Both the position numbers and the translations under genes were made by a program. The notes beneath the pieces were generated by a model. That model saw nothing but the letters and a program-made list of their open reading frames with translations, was not told the origin of the DNA and did no database searches. From Octopus sinensis (lineage: Eukaryota), in contig NC_043023.1 of the NCBI RefSeq assembly GCF_006345805.1, positions 5,022,001 to 5,086,000 on the forward strand: a stretch of 64,000 nucleotides of DNA. Reading direction: 5' to 3'. Below, piece after piece: positions 27,021 through 39,670 of the stretch (the first letter of the stretch is position 1; each line of letters begins with the position of its first letter).

Positions 27021-27338
27021 TATATTTGACTTTTGCTTTACATTTGCACAAGCTGGCTTCAATTCTCACCCAGAGACCTCAAAAGACAAGTTGGAAGTTC
27101 ATGTTGGTGTTATGCCTAGTGTGCCATATATTTGGTTTTGTACTTAAATTTGGTTTTGTACTAGTGAATGTCTAAAAAAAAAACATACAAAAATTATGTT
27201 TGTTTTAAACCTTGAGATTACATAGAAAGTATTTTGCGTAGGATATGGGCACTTCCCATGAGCACTATCTTTTAAATTTCTGCCATTTTGGGGTTTCCTG
27301 GTATCTGAGTTAGGTAGCAATCATCCCCTTTTGCTATC

Positions 27339-27369
<31 letters not shown>

Positions 27370-27399
27370 ATTATCATTATCATTATTATTATTATCATC

Positions 27400-27450
<51 letters not shown>

Positions 27451-28728
27451 CTAAACAAGTGCAGGAATAGAAAGAAATGAAACTGAAAATGCACAGAAAA
27501 TACATTACAATTTAATTCTATTTTAAGACATAGGATACACTCGACTGGTTTCACAGTCATGAATTATGTCTATTCTTGTTGCTGTTCTAAAAATTTTGTT
27601 TTTAAAGTAGGAATGTGGTTCAGGATGTATTGCTCAATGTTCATGATTGGTCAATGTTCATGTATTGTGCTTATGTGACAGTTTTATGAGATGACTGCAT
27701 AAAAGCTTTTCTCCATTGAATACATCACATGGCCGGATAGAGAGGTATGCGTTAGTGATACACTTGAATGGTTTTTGGCTAATAATTCTAGCAGGTCAAA
27801 CTGCTACGTAGATATCTCATTTATACTTATGTACATACATACTTACATGTATACATACAAGCACATACACATGCATGTGCATGCAAAAACACACACACAC
27901 ATACACACACACACACACACACAATATTATTTAATTTTTGAATTGTATTGTGTTTGATAATTATTGTTAAAATATTAATTTATATGCCAGCATCGCCTGG
28001 CCCCCGTGCTGGTGACACGTAAAAGCACCATCCGTTCGTGGCCGTTGCCAGCATCGCCTGGCCCCCGTGCCGTGACACGTAAAAGCACCATCCGTTCGTG
28101 GCCGTTCGCCAGCTCTGTCTGGCACCTGTGCAGGTGGCACGTAAAAAACACCCACTACACTCGCAGAGTGGTTGGCGTTAGGAAGGGCATCCAGCCGTAG
28201 AAACACTGCCAGATCTGACTGGGCCTGACAAAGCCTTCCAGCTTCACAGACCCCAGTTGACCCGTCCAACCCATGCTAGCATGGAGAACGGACGCTAAAC
28301 GATGATGATGATGATGATGATGATGATAGTTTCTTGATAATTATTAGTTACGATACGGATACTTTTAATTTAATTCTATTTTAAGACATAGGATACACTC
28401 GACTGGTTTCATATTTGATCCTCAAAAGTTGTGTCATGAATTACGTCTATTCTTGCTGCTGTTCTAAAGATTTTGTTTTTAAAGTAGGAATGTGGTTCAG
28501 GATGTATTGCTCAATGTTCATGACTCTTTTACTTGTTTCAGTCACTTGACTGTGGCCATGCTGGAGCACCACCTTTTAGTTGAGCAAATTGACCCCAGTA
28601 CTTATTCTTTGAAAGTCTAGTACTTATTCTATCAGTCTCTTTCGCCGAACTGCTATGTTATGGAGATGTAAACACACCAGTATCGGTTGTCAAGTGATGG
28701 TGGGGGAAAAACACAGACACACAAACAT

Positions 28729-28811
<83 letters not shown>

Positions 28812-29448
28812 CACACACATATATATGAAGGGCTTCGTTCAGTTTCTATCTACCAAATCCACTCACAAGGCTTTGGTCGGCCCGAGGCCATAGTAGAAGA
28901 CATTTGCCCAAGGTGCCACACAGTGGGACTGAACCTGGAACCATGTGGTTGGCAAGCAAGCTACTTACCACATAGCCACCCTATTTTTATTATTATTATA
29001 ATAATGTGAATTAACGTATTACATATAATTTACTTTGTGAAATGGTTTTGTAAAACAAAATTTTCTCTAATAGTTAGGAGTTTTAGTTACGTAGTATTAC
29101 ATTTAAGTATATACTTTTAATATTAATTGATATTTTGGTTAATTCTATAAGTGAGTGTAATGTTAAATCTATATATACTATGTATAAATTAATAATATAG
29201 TAAGTTTAAATAATAGGTGTGTATATATTTGAACCATTTTTTATTTTTAATTCTTGTAGTCATAGTTTGTACTAGCATTATGTATATAAGTTAGAATGAA
29301 GTTTTTTTTAGTATATATTACTTAATTAGACTAAGATTTAACTTAGATGTTTATTAAATAAATAAATAAATTAATTAATAATTTAATTTAATTTATATAG
29401 ATTAAATCATAGTATTTTAGTTTTCACTTAATGTATATTTTGTACTTA

Positions 29449-29509
<61 letters not shown>

Positions 29510-29511
29510 CA

Positions 29512-29699
29512 TCTTCCTGTCAAGAGTCCCAGATGAACCTACCTCACGGCAAGAGGTGCAAATGAGAGTAGCTGTATCAAACTCCATTCTTCACCAAGTG
29601 CCACATATGAGACGAGGTTCGTCGTAATAACAGTGTAGCACAAGACGGCGGTGCATCAGCATGGCCGCAGCTCTGAGCTGAAACTAGAAAAAAAAAAAA
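29512..29699 (+). mobile_element. CR1-group LINE extreme 3' end
   Basis: 29517-29627 reads LSRVPDEPTSRQEVQMRVAVSNSILHQV...stop, resembling the L..VPD.P...RAA.SNSL C-terminus of CR1-group ORF2 (recalled, not searched). Followed by a stem-loop and an A-rich tail. Confidence 0.55.
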
Positions 29700-30439
29700 T
29701 ATATACAGGAGTGGCTGTGTGGTAAGTAGCTTGCTAACCAACCACATGGTTCCGGGTTCAATCCCACTGCGTGGCATCTTGGGCAAGTGTCTTCTGCTAT
29801 AGCCCCGGGCCGACCAATGCCTTGTGAGTGGATTTGGTAGACGGAAACTGAAAGAAGCCTGTCGTATATATGTATATATATGTGTGTGTTTGTGTGTCTG
29901 TGTTTGTCCCCCTAGCATTGCTTGACAACCGATGCTGGTGTGTTTACTTCCCCGTCACTTAGCGGTTCGGCAAAAGAGACCGATAGAATAAGTACTGGGC
30001 TTACAAAGAATAAGTCCCGGGGTCAATTTGCTCGACTAAAGGCGGTGCTCCAGCATGGCCGCAGTCAAATGACTGAAACAAGTAAAAGATATATATTGTT
30101 CCCTAGCATTGCTTGACAACCGATGCTGGTGTGTTTACGTCCCCGTCAGTTAGCGGTTCGGCAAAAGAGACCGATAGAATAAGTACTGGGCTTACAAAGA
30201 ATAAGTCCCGGGGTCAATTTGCTCGACTAAAGGCGGTGCTCCAGCATGGCCGCAGTCAAATGACTGAAACAAGTAAAAGAGAAAGAGTAAAGAGTATATA
30301 TAATTATTGTTTTAAATATTTTAGTTACTTGTATTTTAATTTTCTAGTAATGTAGTTTGTTATTTTTTTCTTATATAAGTTAAAATTTATTTTCATAGAT
30401 ATAATAAATATTTATACCTATTTATTTTAGTTTTATTTA

Positions 30440-30720
30440 TGTGGTGTGTGCGAGATAGTCGATATATAAAGGCACCTACCTTCTCTTCGCTCTGATAGAG
30501 ACTCTTCAGTGGTAACAGATCCTTCGTCACAGCCCCGACCCAAACGCTAAAGATAGCAGCTGCTTCACCCAACCTTAGCAACATCTTCACACGTCTTAAC
30601 ACCTCGACGACCATCGTTGGAAAGGCCGAAATCCCCGCTCCCTGCACACGCCTCATGGCTGCCCCTTCCGGTTTGCCCCAACTTCCGGTCAATGCACCCA
30701 GCTGCTGACGTCATCCCACA
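30440..30720 (-). repeat. 3' LTR (281 bp)
   Basis: Minus strand TGTGG...CCACA termini, immediately after a purine-rich AGGGTGGCG tract downstream of the integrase stop. No 5' LTR in the window. Confidence 0.7.
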
Positions 30721-32937
30721 CGCCACCCTGATCTTAAAGATCACAATCTCTCCACTCCATGTCGTAGTCCACCATCGAACCAGGAGGGCGCCTTGCGTGT
30801 CGAGATCTTCTCAAGCTGGGCACCTCGTTCTCCCCCTATCCAGAATCGTCGTCTGTCGAAGCGACAATCCTGCGAAGGTCCAAGACGTGTCGCGGCATTC
30901 CATCCACGGATACGTTGTTTCTGGAATTGACTGCCGTCACCATTCCTCTGCTCCATTGAGACATACAGCGTGCCTTTGGTGGCTTAACCCAGACTTCCTC
31001 CCCTATTTTCACGCAAACGGGTCCCTTCTCTTCCTCGTGGCCCTCCGGCGCTTTGCTCGGGTGCCTCCATTCATACTTGAATACAGCTCTCTGCGGCACA
31101 GATTCTTCAGCTTGTCCAGATTGGGGAGACAAGTTGTACCAGAAAACTGCTCCAAGCGGCGAAATGTGCCCTCTTTCCGCTATGGCCTTGACTGTCCGAT
31201 GGTGCCTCTCCACGATCCCATTACCGCTTGGCCTATACACTGCTCTGAACAAGCGACGCACATTCCACCGATCAAGCATAACCCTCAATGCTTCCGAACG
31301 AAACGCCGCCCCGTTGTCCATCAGTAGTTCTTCCATGGGGCCTCTCTCTAAAAATATCCCATTCAGGATCTGCGCGATCTCGTCAGCAATGCCCGTTCTT
31401 AACTCCCTCCAAATGGCCAGCCGGCCTGGCCCGCAGTCGACCATGGAGAGGTACATTCCCTGACGGTAGTATGTCACATCCACAGCTAGCCTTTTCCAGT
31501 TCTGCTCCACCGAAAGGCTTCCCTGTTTATGCCTACATGGAGCAGGGTCGATGGACTGACACCTGTCGCAGCTCCCGACCACCTTCCGGATGCTTCTCCT
31601 AGTGACGTCAGCATCAATTTTCTTCACCAGATACAGGGTCCTGTCCACACCCAGGTGATGCATAGCATGCAGTCTCTTCAGTTCGGAGTCATCCAACCGA
31701 CACGCCGCAGCTATCCCTTTCCGGGCCTCCTCCGGTTTTTCCAACTACGCTCTTTTCACCCTGGTCAGTGCGTCTGAACTTCAGTCCGAACTCGGCGATC
31801 AATTCACCTAGAACTCCTAGACGGCACTTCACTAACATCTCCACGGCACCTTTCGTCCGCACTCTCCTTTTTACCGGTGATCACCGATCCTACCCAGCCA
31901 AGCACAGTGGCCGAATCTGTCCGGATTTCAATTGTGCGCAGCCCCCATTTCAGGGCCAAGTTCACCCCTTTCAGCACCGCGTCTAATTCGGCGACATTGA
32001 TGTGGTTGGAATCATCTGCTTTCCAAAGCCAGGCCACGTCCTTCACCGCAGCACCTTCGATTGCCAACACCACCCCTATCGCTATACTGCTAGCATCACA
32101 CCAGACGGTCCCGCATTCCGTCTTGGGCGCGTACCAGTTTCCCCTGACCAGGTCTTCCGCTCTCATCCTCTCTAGGATTTCCTGCATCATCGCCACCATC
32201 CCTTCTCCCACCTTGTTGCCCCAACTCTCCCCCTCCACTCATCACTTTGTGTAACTACATGCCGTGCATAGCCATCCGGCGATCGGGTAGTGACCGACCA
32301 ACTTCCCACACACCGAGAACAGCTCTCTCCTGCTGACGCTGGAACTCAGCTCTGGGATTTCATTCCCTCTCCAGAACACCAATTCACCCAATCTATCTCT
32401 TTGCAGCTTCAGCCCCAGCGCGGCTCCTCCTTCCATCGACTCCGGTGGCTTAGCAATCAGCCCAAACTTCTCCAGATGTCTAACTACCTCGTCGGCTGGC
32501 ACTACAGTTTCGTCCACCAAAATGTCGTCAATGTAGGAGCTGGTGGCCTTTCTAATCTTGCCGTCTTTCCCTAGGACAGACCTAAGCACTGCCGCCATGA
32601 TCTTCGGAGCGGAATTCAGCCCGAAACCCAGCCTGGTTAAACAGTACGTCCGGCCTTTGTACCGCACCAGCTGATATTGCCACAGTTTGTGGCTCACATG
32701 GAGCTGCAAGTATGCCGATTTCAAGTCAACAGTCGTCGCTGCCTCGGTCGACTGTCTCTACGCACGTAACGTCTTGCCACAAACGTCTGTCACCTCACCT
32801 CCTGTGTGACACGATATATGCTGGTTTAGCTCCCTGAAGTCCAACACCGGTCTGACTTTTCCCTTCATAGGCTGCACCACCACCATCAGGGGTAGCACTC
32901 CGCCCGTTACCTCCTCCTTCCAAGGGACAAGGACCCA
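30440..32937 (-). mobile_element. 5'-truncated LTR retrotransposon (RT-RNase H-integrase-3' LTR)
   Basis: RT VDLKSAYLQ...LGFGLNSAP...YIDDILV; RNase H WCDAS...HINVAEL...IRTDS; integrase H..HH...C..C, LAVDVT, LLMDNG, NGIVERHHRT. Several stops and frameshifts; visibly GC-richer than its flanks. Confidence 0.9.
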
Positions 32938-33453
32938 TTTGTTATGATATTTTGTTTAAATTTGATGATATATTATTGTATTTTGTTTGATTTTTATAGT
33001 AAAATTACTATAATCCCGAACCATGGGGTTTTTGTAAGCAAGCTACTTACCACACAGCCATACCTAAATAATTTTAAAACAGTAAATATATTGTAGAAGC
33101 AAGATAAGTTTCAGTGGGATGGTATGAAAAGGATGGCCTTTCAATGGTGTTTGTAAGTGCAGTGAACTGAAACAAAGGAAGGCTTCATTGTGAAAGATCT
33201 TTCATGGCTGAGTGATTTGGGAGTGGTTTTTAGAAGCTGTATTTTATTTCCAATTTTATTATTAACCAGAGTGGCTGTGTGGTAAGTAGCTTGCTTACCA
33301 ACCACATGGTTCTGGGTTCGGTCCCACTACATGGCACCTTGGGCAAGTGTCTTCTGCTATAGCCTCAGGCCGACCAAAGCCTTGTCAGTGGATTTGGTAG
33401 ACAGAAACTGAAAGAAGCCCGTCGTATATATATATATATATATATATATAAAC

Positions 33454-33485
<32 letters not shown>

Positions 33486-34816
33486 TTGTGTGTCTGTGTT
33501 TGTCACCCCAACATTGCTTGACAACCGATGCTGGTGTGTTTACGTCCCAATAACTTAGCAGTTTGGCAAAAGAGACTGATAGAATAAGTACTTGGCTTAC
33601 AAAAAATAAGTCTTGGGGTCGATTTGCTCGATAAAGGCGGTGCTCCAGCATGGCCACAGTCAAGTGACTGAAACAAGTAAAAGAGTAAAGAGAGCCCTAT
33701 CTGGCGGCTTTTAAGCTAGGTCCTGAGGAGGGTTTATCAGTAGACCCTGGGCCCAATAATGACACTTCATGCATTGAGTACGTATTAAATTTTATTAAAC
33801 TTCAGCAATATTTTTCAAGCAGTGAACAATTTTCATGAAAATCATGACTTAATTTGTTGATTTGGAACTTATTGCAAAGCTGCATGATAAACGTCAGTAC
33901 CAACACCATCGCCACCACATCTGCCATACACACACCATGCAGACTTCTGATGCCACCACCATCAATACCTTCGACTTTGTTGCCTTCTCCCCCATCACCA
34001 TCTGCACTGTCTTTCACATTGTTTACTTTCACTTCATCCTCGGCTACCACCATCACCATCATCATCACTACCGCCTCTGTCTCTATCACAGCTACAGCTC
34101 ATGCTATTACCTATTTCTTTACTACCCAGAAGGGGCTAAACACAGAGGGGACAAACAAGGATAGACAAATGGATTAAGTCGATTACATCAACCACAATGC
34201 ATAACTGGTACTGAATTTACCGACCCCGAAAGGATGAAAGGCAAAGTTGACCTCGGCGGAATTTGAACTCGGAACGTAATGGCAGATGAAATACTGCTAA
34301 ACATTTCGCCCAGCTTTTAATAGCTCATACCATTACCATTACCAAAAGGCTAAATGTGTGTTCATTCAGTATGTTACTTCAGCCTGTTAGTTCAGTGGTC
34401 AATCCCTCTTTCTATCACATACCCACTCTTTCTTCCTCTCCTATTATTACTCCCACTGCCACCATCAACACTCTCTTTACTCTTTTACTCTTTTACTTGT
34501 TTCAGTCATTTGACTGCGGCCATGCTGGAGCACCGCCTTTAGTCGATCAAATCGACCCCAGGACTTATTCTTTGTAAGCCCAGTACTTATTCTATTGGTC
34601 TCTTTTGCCGAACCGCTAAGTGACGGGGACGTAAACACACCAGCATCGGTTGTCAAGCAATGCTAGGGGGACAAACACAGACACACACACAAACATATAC
34701 ATATATATATATATATACGACGGGCTTCTTTCAGTTTCTGTCTACCAAATCCACTCACAAGGCATTGGTCAGCCCGGGGCTATAGCAGAAGACACTTGCC
34801 CAAGATGCCACACAGT

Positions 34817-34926
34817 GATGGTGATGATGATGATGGTGATGATGATGATGATAATGGTGATGATGGTGGTGGTGGTGGTGATGATGATGGTGATGATGAT
34901 GATGATGATGATGATGGTGGTGGTGA

Positions 34927-34960
<34 letters not shown>

Positions 34961-34965
34961 GGTGG

Positions 34966-35010
<45 letters not shown>

Positions 35011-35034
35011 GGATGGTGGTGGTGGTGGTGGTGG

Positions 35035-35066
<32 letters not shown>

Positions 35067-35076
35067 GTGATGATGA
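34817..35076. repeat. Mosaic (GAT)n/(GGT)n trinucleotide tract
   Basis: About 260 bp of interleaved GAT and GGT blocks. Confidence 0.95.
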
Positions 35077-35825
35077 ATTGTTACTGGGTTCGTTAATAAT
35101 TTATTAACAATTCAGTTTTGGGGGCACAGGCATGGCTATCTGCTAAGAGATAAGATGTTTACTTGCCAACTACATGGTTCCAGGTTCAGCTTCACTGTGT
35201 GGCACCTTAGGCAAGTGCCTTCTACTGTCACCTTTGGCTGACCAAAGATTTGTGAGTGGATTTGGTAGACGGAAACTGAAAGAAGCTGAATAAAAAGCAT
35301 CTGTGCCATAGAAAAAGCATCCAGTATATTTAGTAAAGTGATTGGCATTAGGTAGGGCACTCAACCATAAAGAAAACTTGCCAAAAGAGACACAGGAGTG
35401 GCTGTGTGGTAAGTAGCTTGCTTACCAACCTCATGGTTCCATGTTCATTCCCACTGCGTGGCACCTTGGGCAAGTGTCTTCTACTACAGCCTTGGGCTGA
35501 CCAAAGCCTTGTGAGTTGATTTGGTAGACGGAAACTGAAAAGAAGCCCATTGTATATATGTATATTTAGATCATTTTTTTCTGAAAGAAGCCCATTGTAT
35601 ATATGTATTTCTCTTTCTCTCTTTCTCTTTTACTTGTTTCAGTCATTTGACTGCAGCCATGCTGGAGCACCGCCTTTAGTCGATCAAATCGACCCCGGAA
35701 CTTATTCTTTGTAAGCCCAGTACTTATTCTATTGGTCTCTTTTGCTGAACCACTAAGTGGAGGGGACATAGACACACCAGCATCGGTTGTCAAGCAATGC
35801 TAGGGGGACAAACACAGACACACAA

Positions 35826-35876
<51 letters not shown>

Positions 35877-37257
35877 TACGACAGGCTTCTTTCAGTTTCC
35901 GTCTACCAAATCCACTCACAAGGCATTGGTCGGCCCGGGGCTATAGCAGAAGACACTTGCCCAAGATGCCACGCAGTGGGACTGAACCCGCAACCATGTG
36001 GTTGGTTAGCAAGCTACTTACCACACAGCCACTCCTTCGCCTATATATATATATCATTTTTATTTTTTTATTTTCATCATTTTATCTGGTTCCAGCTCAT
36101 GAGCTGTGGCCATGCTGGGGCACCATGTCTGTGTGTTTGTGTGTTTATGGTTGTCCCCGCAACATCTCTTGACAACCAATGCTGGTGTTTTTACGTTCCC
36201 ATAACTTAGCGGTTTGGCAAAAGAGACCGATAGAATAAGTACTAGGCTTACAAAGAATAAGTCCTAGAATCGATTTGCTTGACTAAAGGCGGTGCTCCAG
36301 CATGGCCACAGTCAAATGACTGAAACAAGTAAAAGAGTTCATGAAGTCTGGTGCAGCTCTCTGGCTTTCTAACTCTTGTCAAACAATCCAATGTCCCAAC
36401 AAAAAACAGGCGTCAAATGATGATGATGATGATGATAATATGCGTGAGTGTGAGTGTGAGTGTTCCCCACCTCTATTTGACAATTGGTGTTGGTGTGTTT
36501 ACATCCATATAGCTTAGTAGTTCAGCAAAAGAGACTGAAAAACGACTCTCAGGCTTTAAAAAATTAAGTACTGGGTTTCATTCATTTGATTTCAAAATTC
36601 TCAAGGTGATGCCCCAGTATGGCCACATTCTAATGACTGAAACATGTAAAAGCTAAAGTTAATAATTTTTGATAATTCATAAGGAATTAATTTGTTAATT
36701 ATTAAATTATGAATCTTTAGTTGGTTAACTATTAGTCCATAAATGAATCATTTTGTTAAGTATTGCTAATTTGTTAATTATTAATAATTTGTTAATTAAT
36801 ATTTCTGCCTTTATTTTTATTTTTATTTTATTTTAATTTTATTTTTATTTTATTTTTCCCTAAACTGAAAAAAAAAAAAGAGAAAAACCCCAGCAGAAAA
36901 TATTGAATACCTGACAACTGACAACTCAACAAATAATGCAGAATTGATATAAGAACCAACCTCACAATAGTGAAACAGTCATGACAACATCATCTACAGC
37001 TGACGACAGATACTTTTCATACTGCCAACATTTGCCAGAACAAGGGAGATAACAAACCGTGGAAATGATAGCAGAAATAACAGAGACAGCAACAGAAGCA
37101 ACAACGACATAAACAACAGAAGCAGGAGTCGTTACAGCTCCAGAAACATAAAGAAGGAAAACCACTTCGATGCAAGGTCACAATGGCACCAACCAGAGCA
37201 ATAAAAAAGCAGATATCTGTCCTTTACCTCCCAGTCGAAAGAATCTTTTGTCTAAGA

Positions 37258-37383
37258 ATGAAAAAGAGGGAGTTTTTGCTTTTCATCATCAGTATATTTG
37301 TTGGTATGCAACTGACAAAGTCTGTTATGTATACATACGTTTATAACAAATGCTGGACTGTAGCCTCGGTTGCAGAACATTTA
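37258..37383 (+). CDS. CHSY1: Chondroitin sulfate synthase, predicted coding exon 1 (type II membrane anchor)
   Basis: MKKREFLLFIISIFVGMQLTKSV... has a basic N-terminus followed by a hydrophobic stretch. It ends at a consensus phase-0 donor GTAAGT (37384) matching the phase-0 acceptor of the next exon. A pyrimidine-rich CCCAG acceptor lies at 37234. Confidence 0.65.
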
Positions 37384-37572
37384 GTAAGTATTGAATTACT
37401 TCCCTTCTCTCTTCAGTGATTTCATTAGCATGGGATGAAGTTTATTTAAAATTTATCCTTTATCTTTCACTTTTTAATTTTTTTTCTTTGTATTTCATTT
37501 ATATGTATGTACATGCACTAACCCTATCTGCTCATGATTGTTATTGTTTGTGTGTGTATGTATGTGTGTGTG

Positions 37573-37618
<46 letters not shown>

Positions 37619-37821
37619 TATAAACATAATCAAATAGGGTAATAAAATAAATTATTATTACCAGTGGCCTAGCACAAAAGACAAATTAGTCATTAGCCTA
37701 TATATTTTTCATATAGAAATATAATAAAAGGCTTCCAAATAAGGAAGCGTAGTGCTAGAAACACAAAGGGATAAATTCATGAAAGGAATGAAAATTAAAA
37801 ACATTTACCATCTCAGCTATA

Positions 37822-37897
37822 TCCCCGACCGAACGGTTTCTACCTATTTTTAGCAAACACATAGAATATATTTGCCAGGCCAGGTTCTTCAGTGGGA
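37822..37897 (-). ncRNA. Hammerhead-like motif upstream of the PLE3 fragment
   Basis: Minus strand TCCCA-CTGAAGA-ACCT...AGGT-A-GAAA-CCGTTCGG-TC-GGGGA. Intact core nucleotides; first helix-I pair mismatched. Confidence 0.5.
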
Positions 37898-38158
37898 AGC
37901 CTTCGTAATCCTAGATGCACAGACTGTTAGAAGCACATGTAGATCTAACGGTTTGTATATCCTAACTTTTCAAACCTCTGTGCAGACGCAAACCATATCC
38001 AGCGAACAGAGAGGATGCCGGTAAAAAATTTACGAACAAATTTATCAAGCAATATTTAAACATAATCTAAGTGTAATGATAGCAGAGGTGGAATGTCTGA
38101 ATACATGCTGGTAGATCCATTAGAATAAAAAAATGGACAGATTTTTGCAAATGCAGAT

Positions 38159-38446
38159 ATGAACTGCAAAAGCAGAAATTTGATCTACTGCATTAAATGC
38201 CCGAATTGTGAGGAATTATATATAGGCGAGACAGGGAGTGCATTATCAGAACGCTCACAAGTTCACAGACAACAAATCTAGAACACCAATGTTTGCCAAA
38301 TTCCATTGAGCGAATGTATAGAGACATGTGGTCAGAAAACGTTTCTAATTTTTCCTTTCCACAAACTACAAGACACAAGTGAGGTTGGAAGAAAGATAAA
38401 AGAAAAACGGTTTATTAAAATGTTCAAACCTGTTCTGAACGGAAAT
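38159..38446 (+). mobile_element. Penelope-like element 3, GIY-YIG endonuclease fragment
   Basis: CKSRNLIYCIKCPNCEELYIGETG..LSER...HRQQI*...KEKRFIKMFKPVLN; one in-frame stop. Confidence 0.85.
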
Positions 38447-38967
38447 AACAACAATTATATAACAACCAGTTAATGATGTGGATTAAAAAATATCTCTAAC
38501 ATATGAATTTAAACAAATTACAGAATATCAGTGTGTCAAACAAACCATGATGTTTAAGCTGCATGCAGATTGGTCAAAACCATATTAAAAAAATTCAGCT
38601 TGTTGGTGCGTTTTAAGACGTACCACAGTTGTCAAGAACTCAACTACCAAAAACATTTGAAATCTGATGATTATTCTATGCCTGGAAGCACTAATTTAAC
38701 TTCATGGGCATTACAAAATATTTTTTAATGTTAAAATACTCTTTTACTCTTTTACTTGTTTTAGTCATTTGACTGTGGCCATGCTGGAGCACCACCTTTG
38801 ATCGAGCAACTTGACCCTGGGACTTATTCATTTGTAAGCCCAGTACTTATTCTATCGGTCTCTTTTGCCGAACCGCTAAGTAACGGGGACATAAACACAC
38901 CAGCATCGGTTGTCAAGCAATACTAGGGAGACAAACACAGACACACAAACATACACATGCATATATA

Positions 38968-38998
<31 letters not shown>

Positions 38999-39278
38999 CA
39001 TATATACGACAGGCTTCTTTCAGTTTCCATCTACCAAATCCACTGACAAGGCCCGAGGCTATAGTAGAAGACACTTGCCGAAGGTGTCACACAGTGGGAC
39101 TGAACCCGGAACCATGTGGTTGGTAAACAAGCTACTTAACACACAGCCACTCCTGCGACTATAATAAAAATATTATAATATACCATAATAAAAACATGAA
39201 AACTAGACTATGTTTTAACTTTATTCAACTGATATATTATTCTATATACAGTCACACAAAATCGAAACAATATATATA

Positions 39279-39332
<54 letters not shown>

Positions 39333-39618
39333 TATACATAATATATATATACATATATACGACAGGCTTCTTTCAGTTTCCATCTACCAAATCCACTGAC
39401 AAGGCCCGAGGCTATAGTAGAAGACACTTGCCGAAGGTGTCACACAGTGGGACTGAACCCGGAACCATGTGGTTGGTAAACAAGCTACTTAACACACAGC
39501 CACTCCTGCGACTATAATAAAAATATTATAATATACCATAATAAAAACATGAAAACTAGACTATGTTTTAACTTTATTCAACTGATATATTATTCTATAT
39601 ACAGTCACACAAAATCGA

Positions 39619-39623
<5 letters not shown>
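38999..39623. repeat. Tandem duplication with 353-bp period (SINE A part plus flank) bounded by (TA)n
   Basis: 38999-39270 and 39352-39623 read identically by eye, separated by (TA)n. Confidence 0.85.

Positions 39624-39670
<47 letters not shown>

Noticed and set aside
30617-32574. Plus-strand ORFs over the LTR element
   Set aside because: Antisense shadows of GC-rich pol sequence with no recognisable motifs.
34650-35107. Poly-Met/Val and poly-Asp/Gly ORFs
   Set aside because: Translations of the (GAT)/(GGT) microsatellite attached to a SINE.
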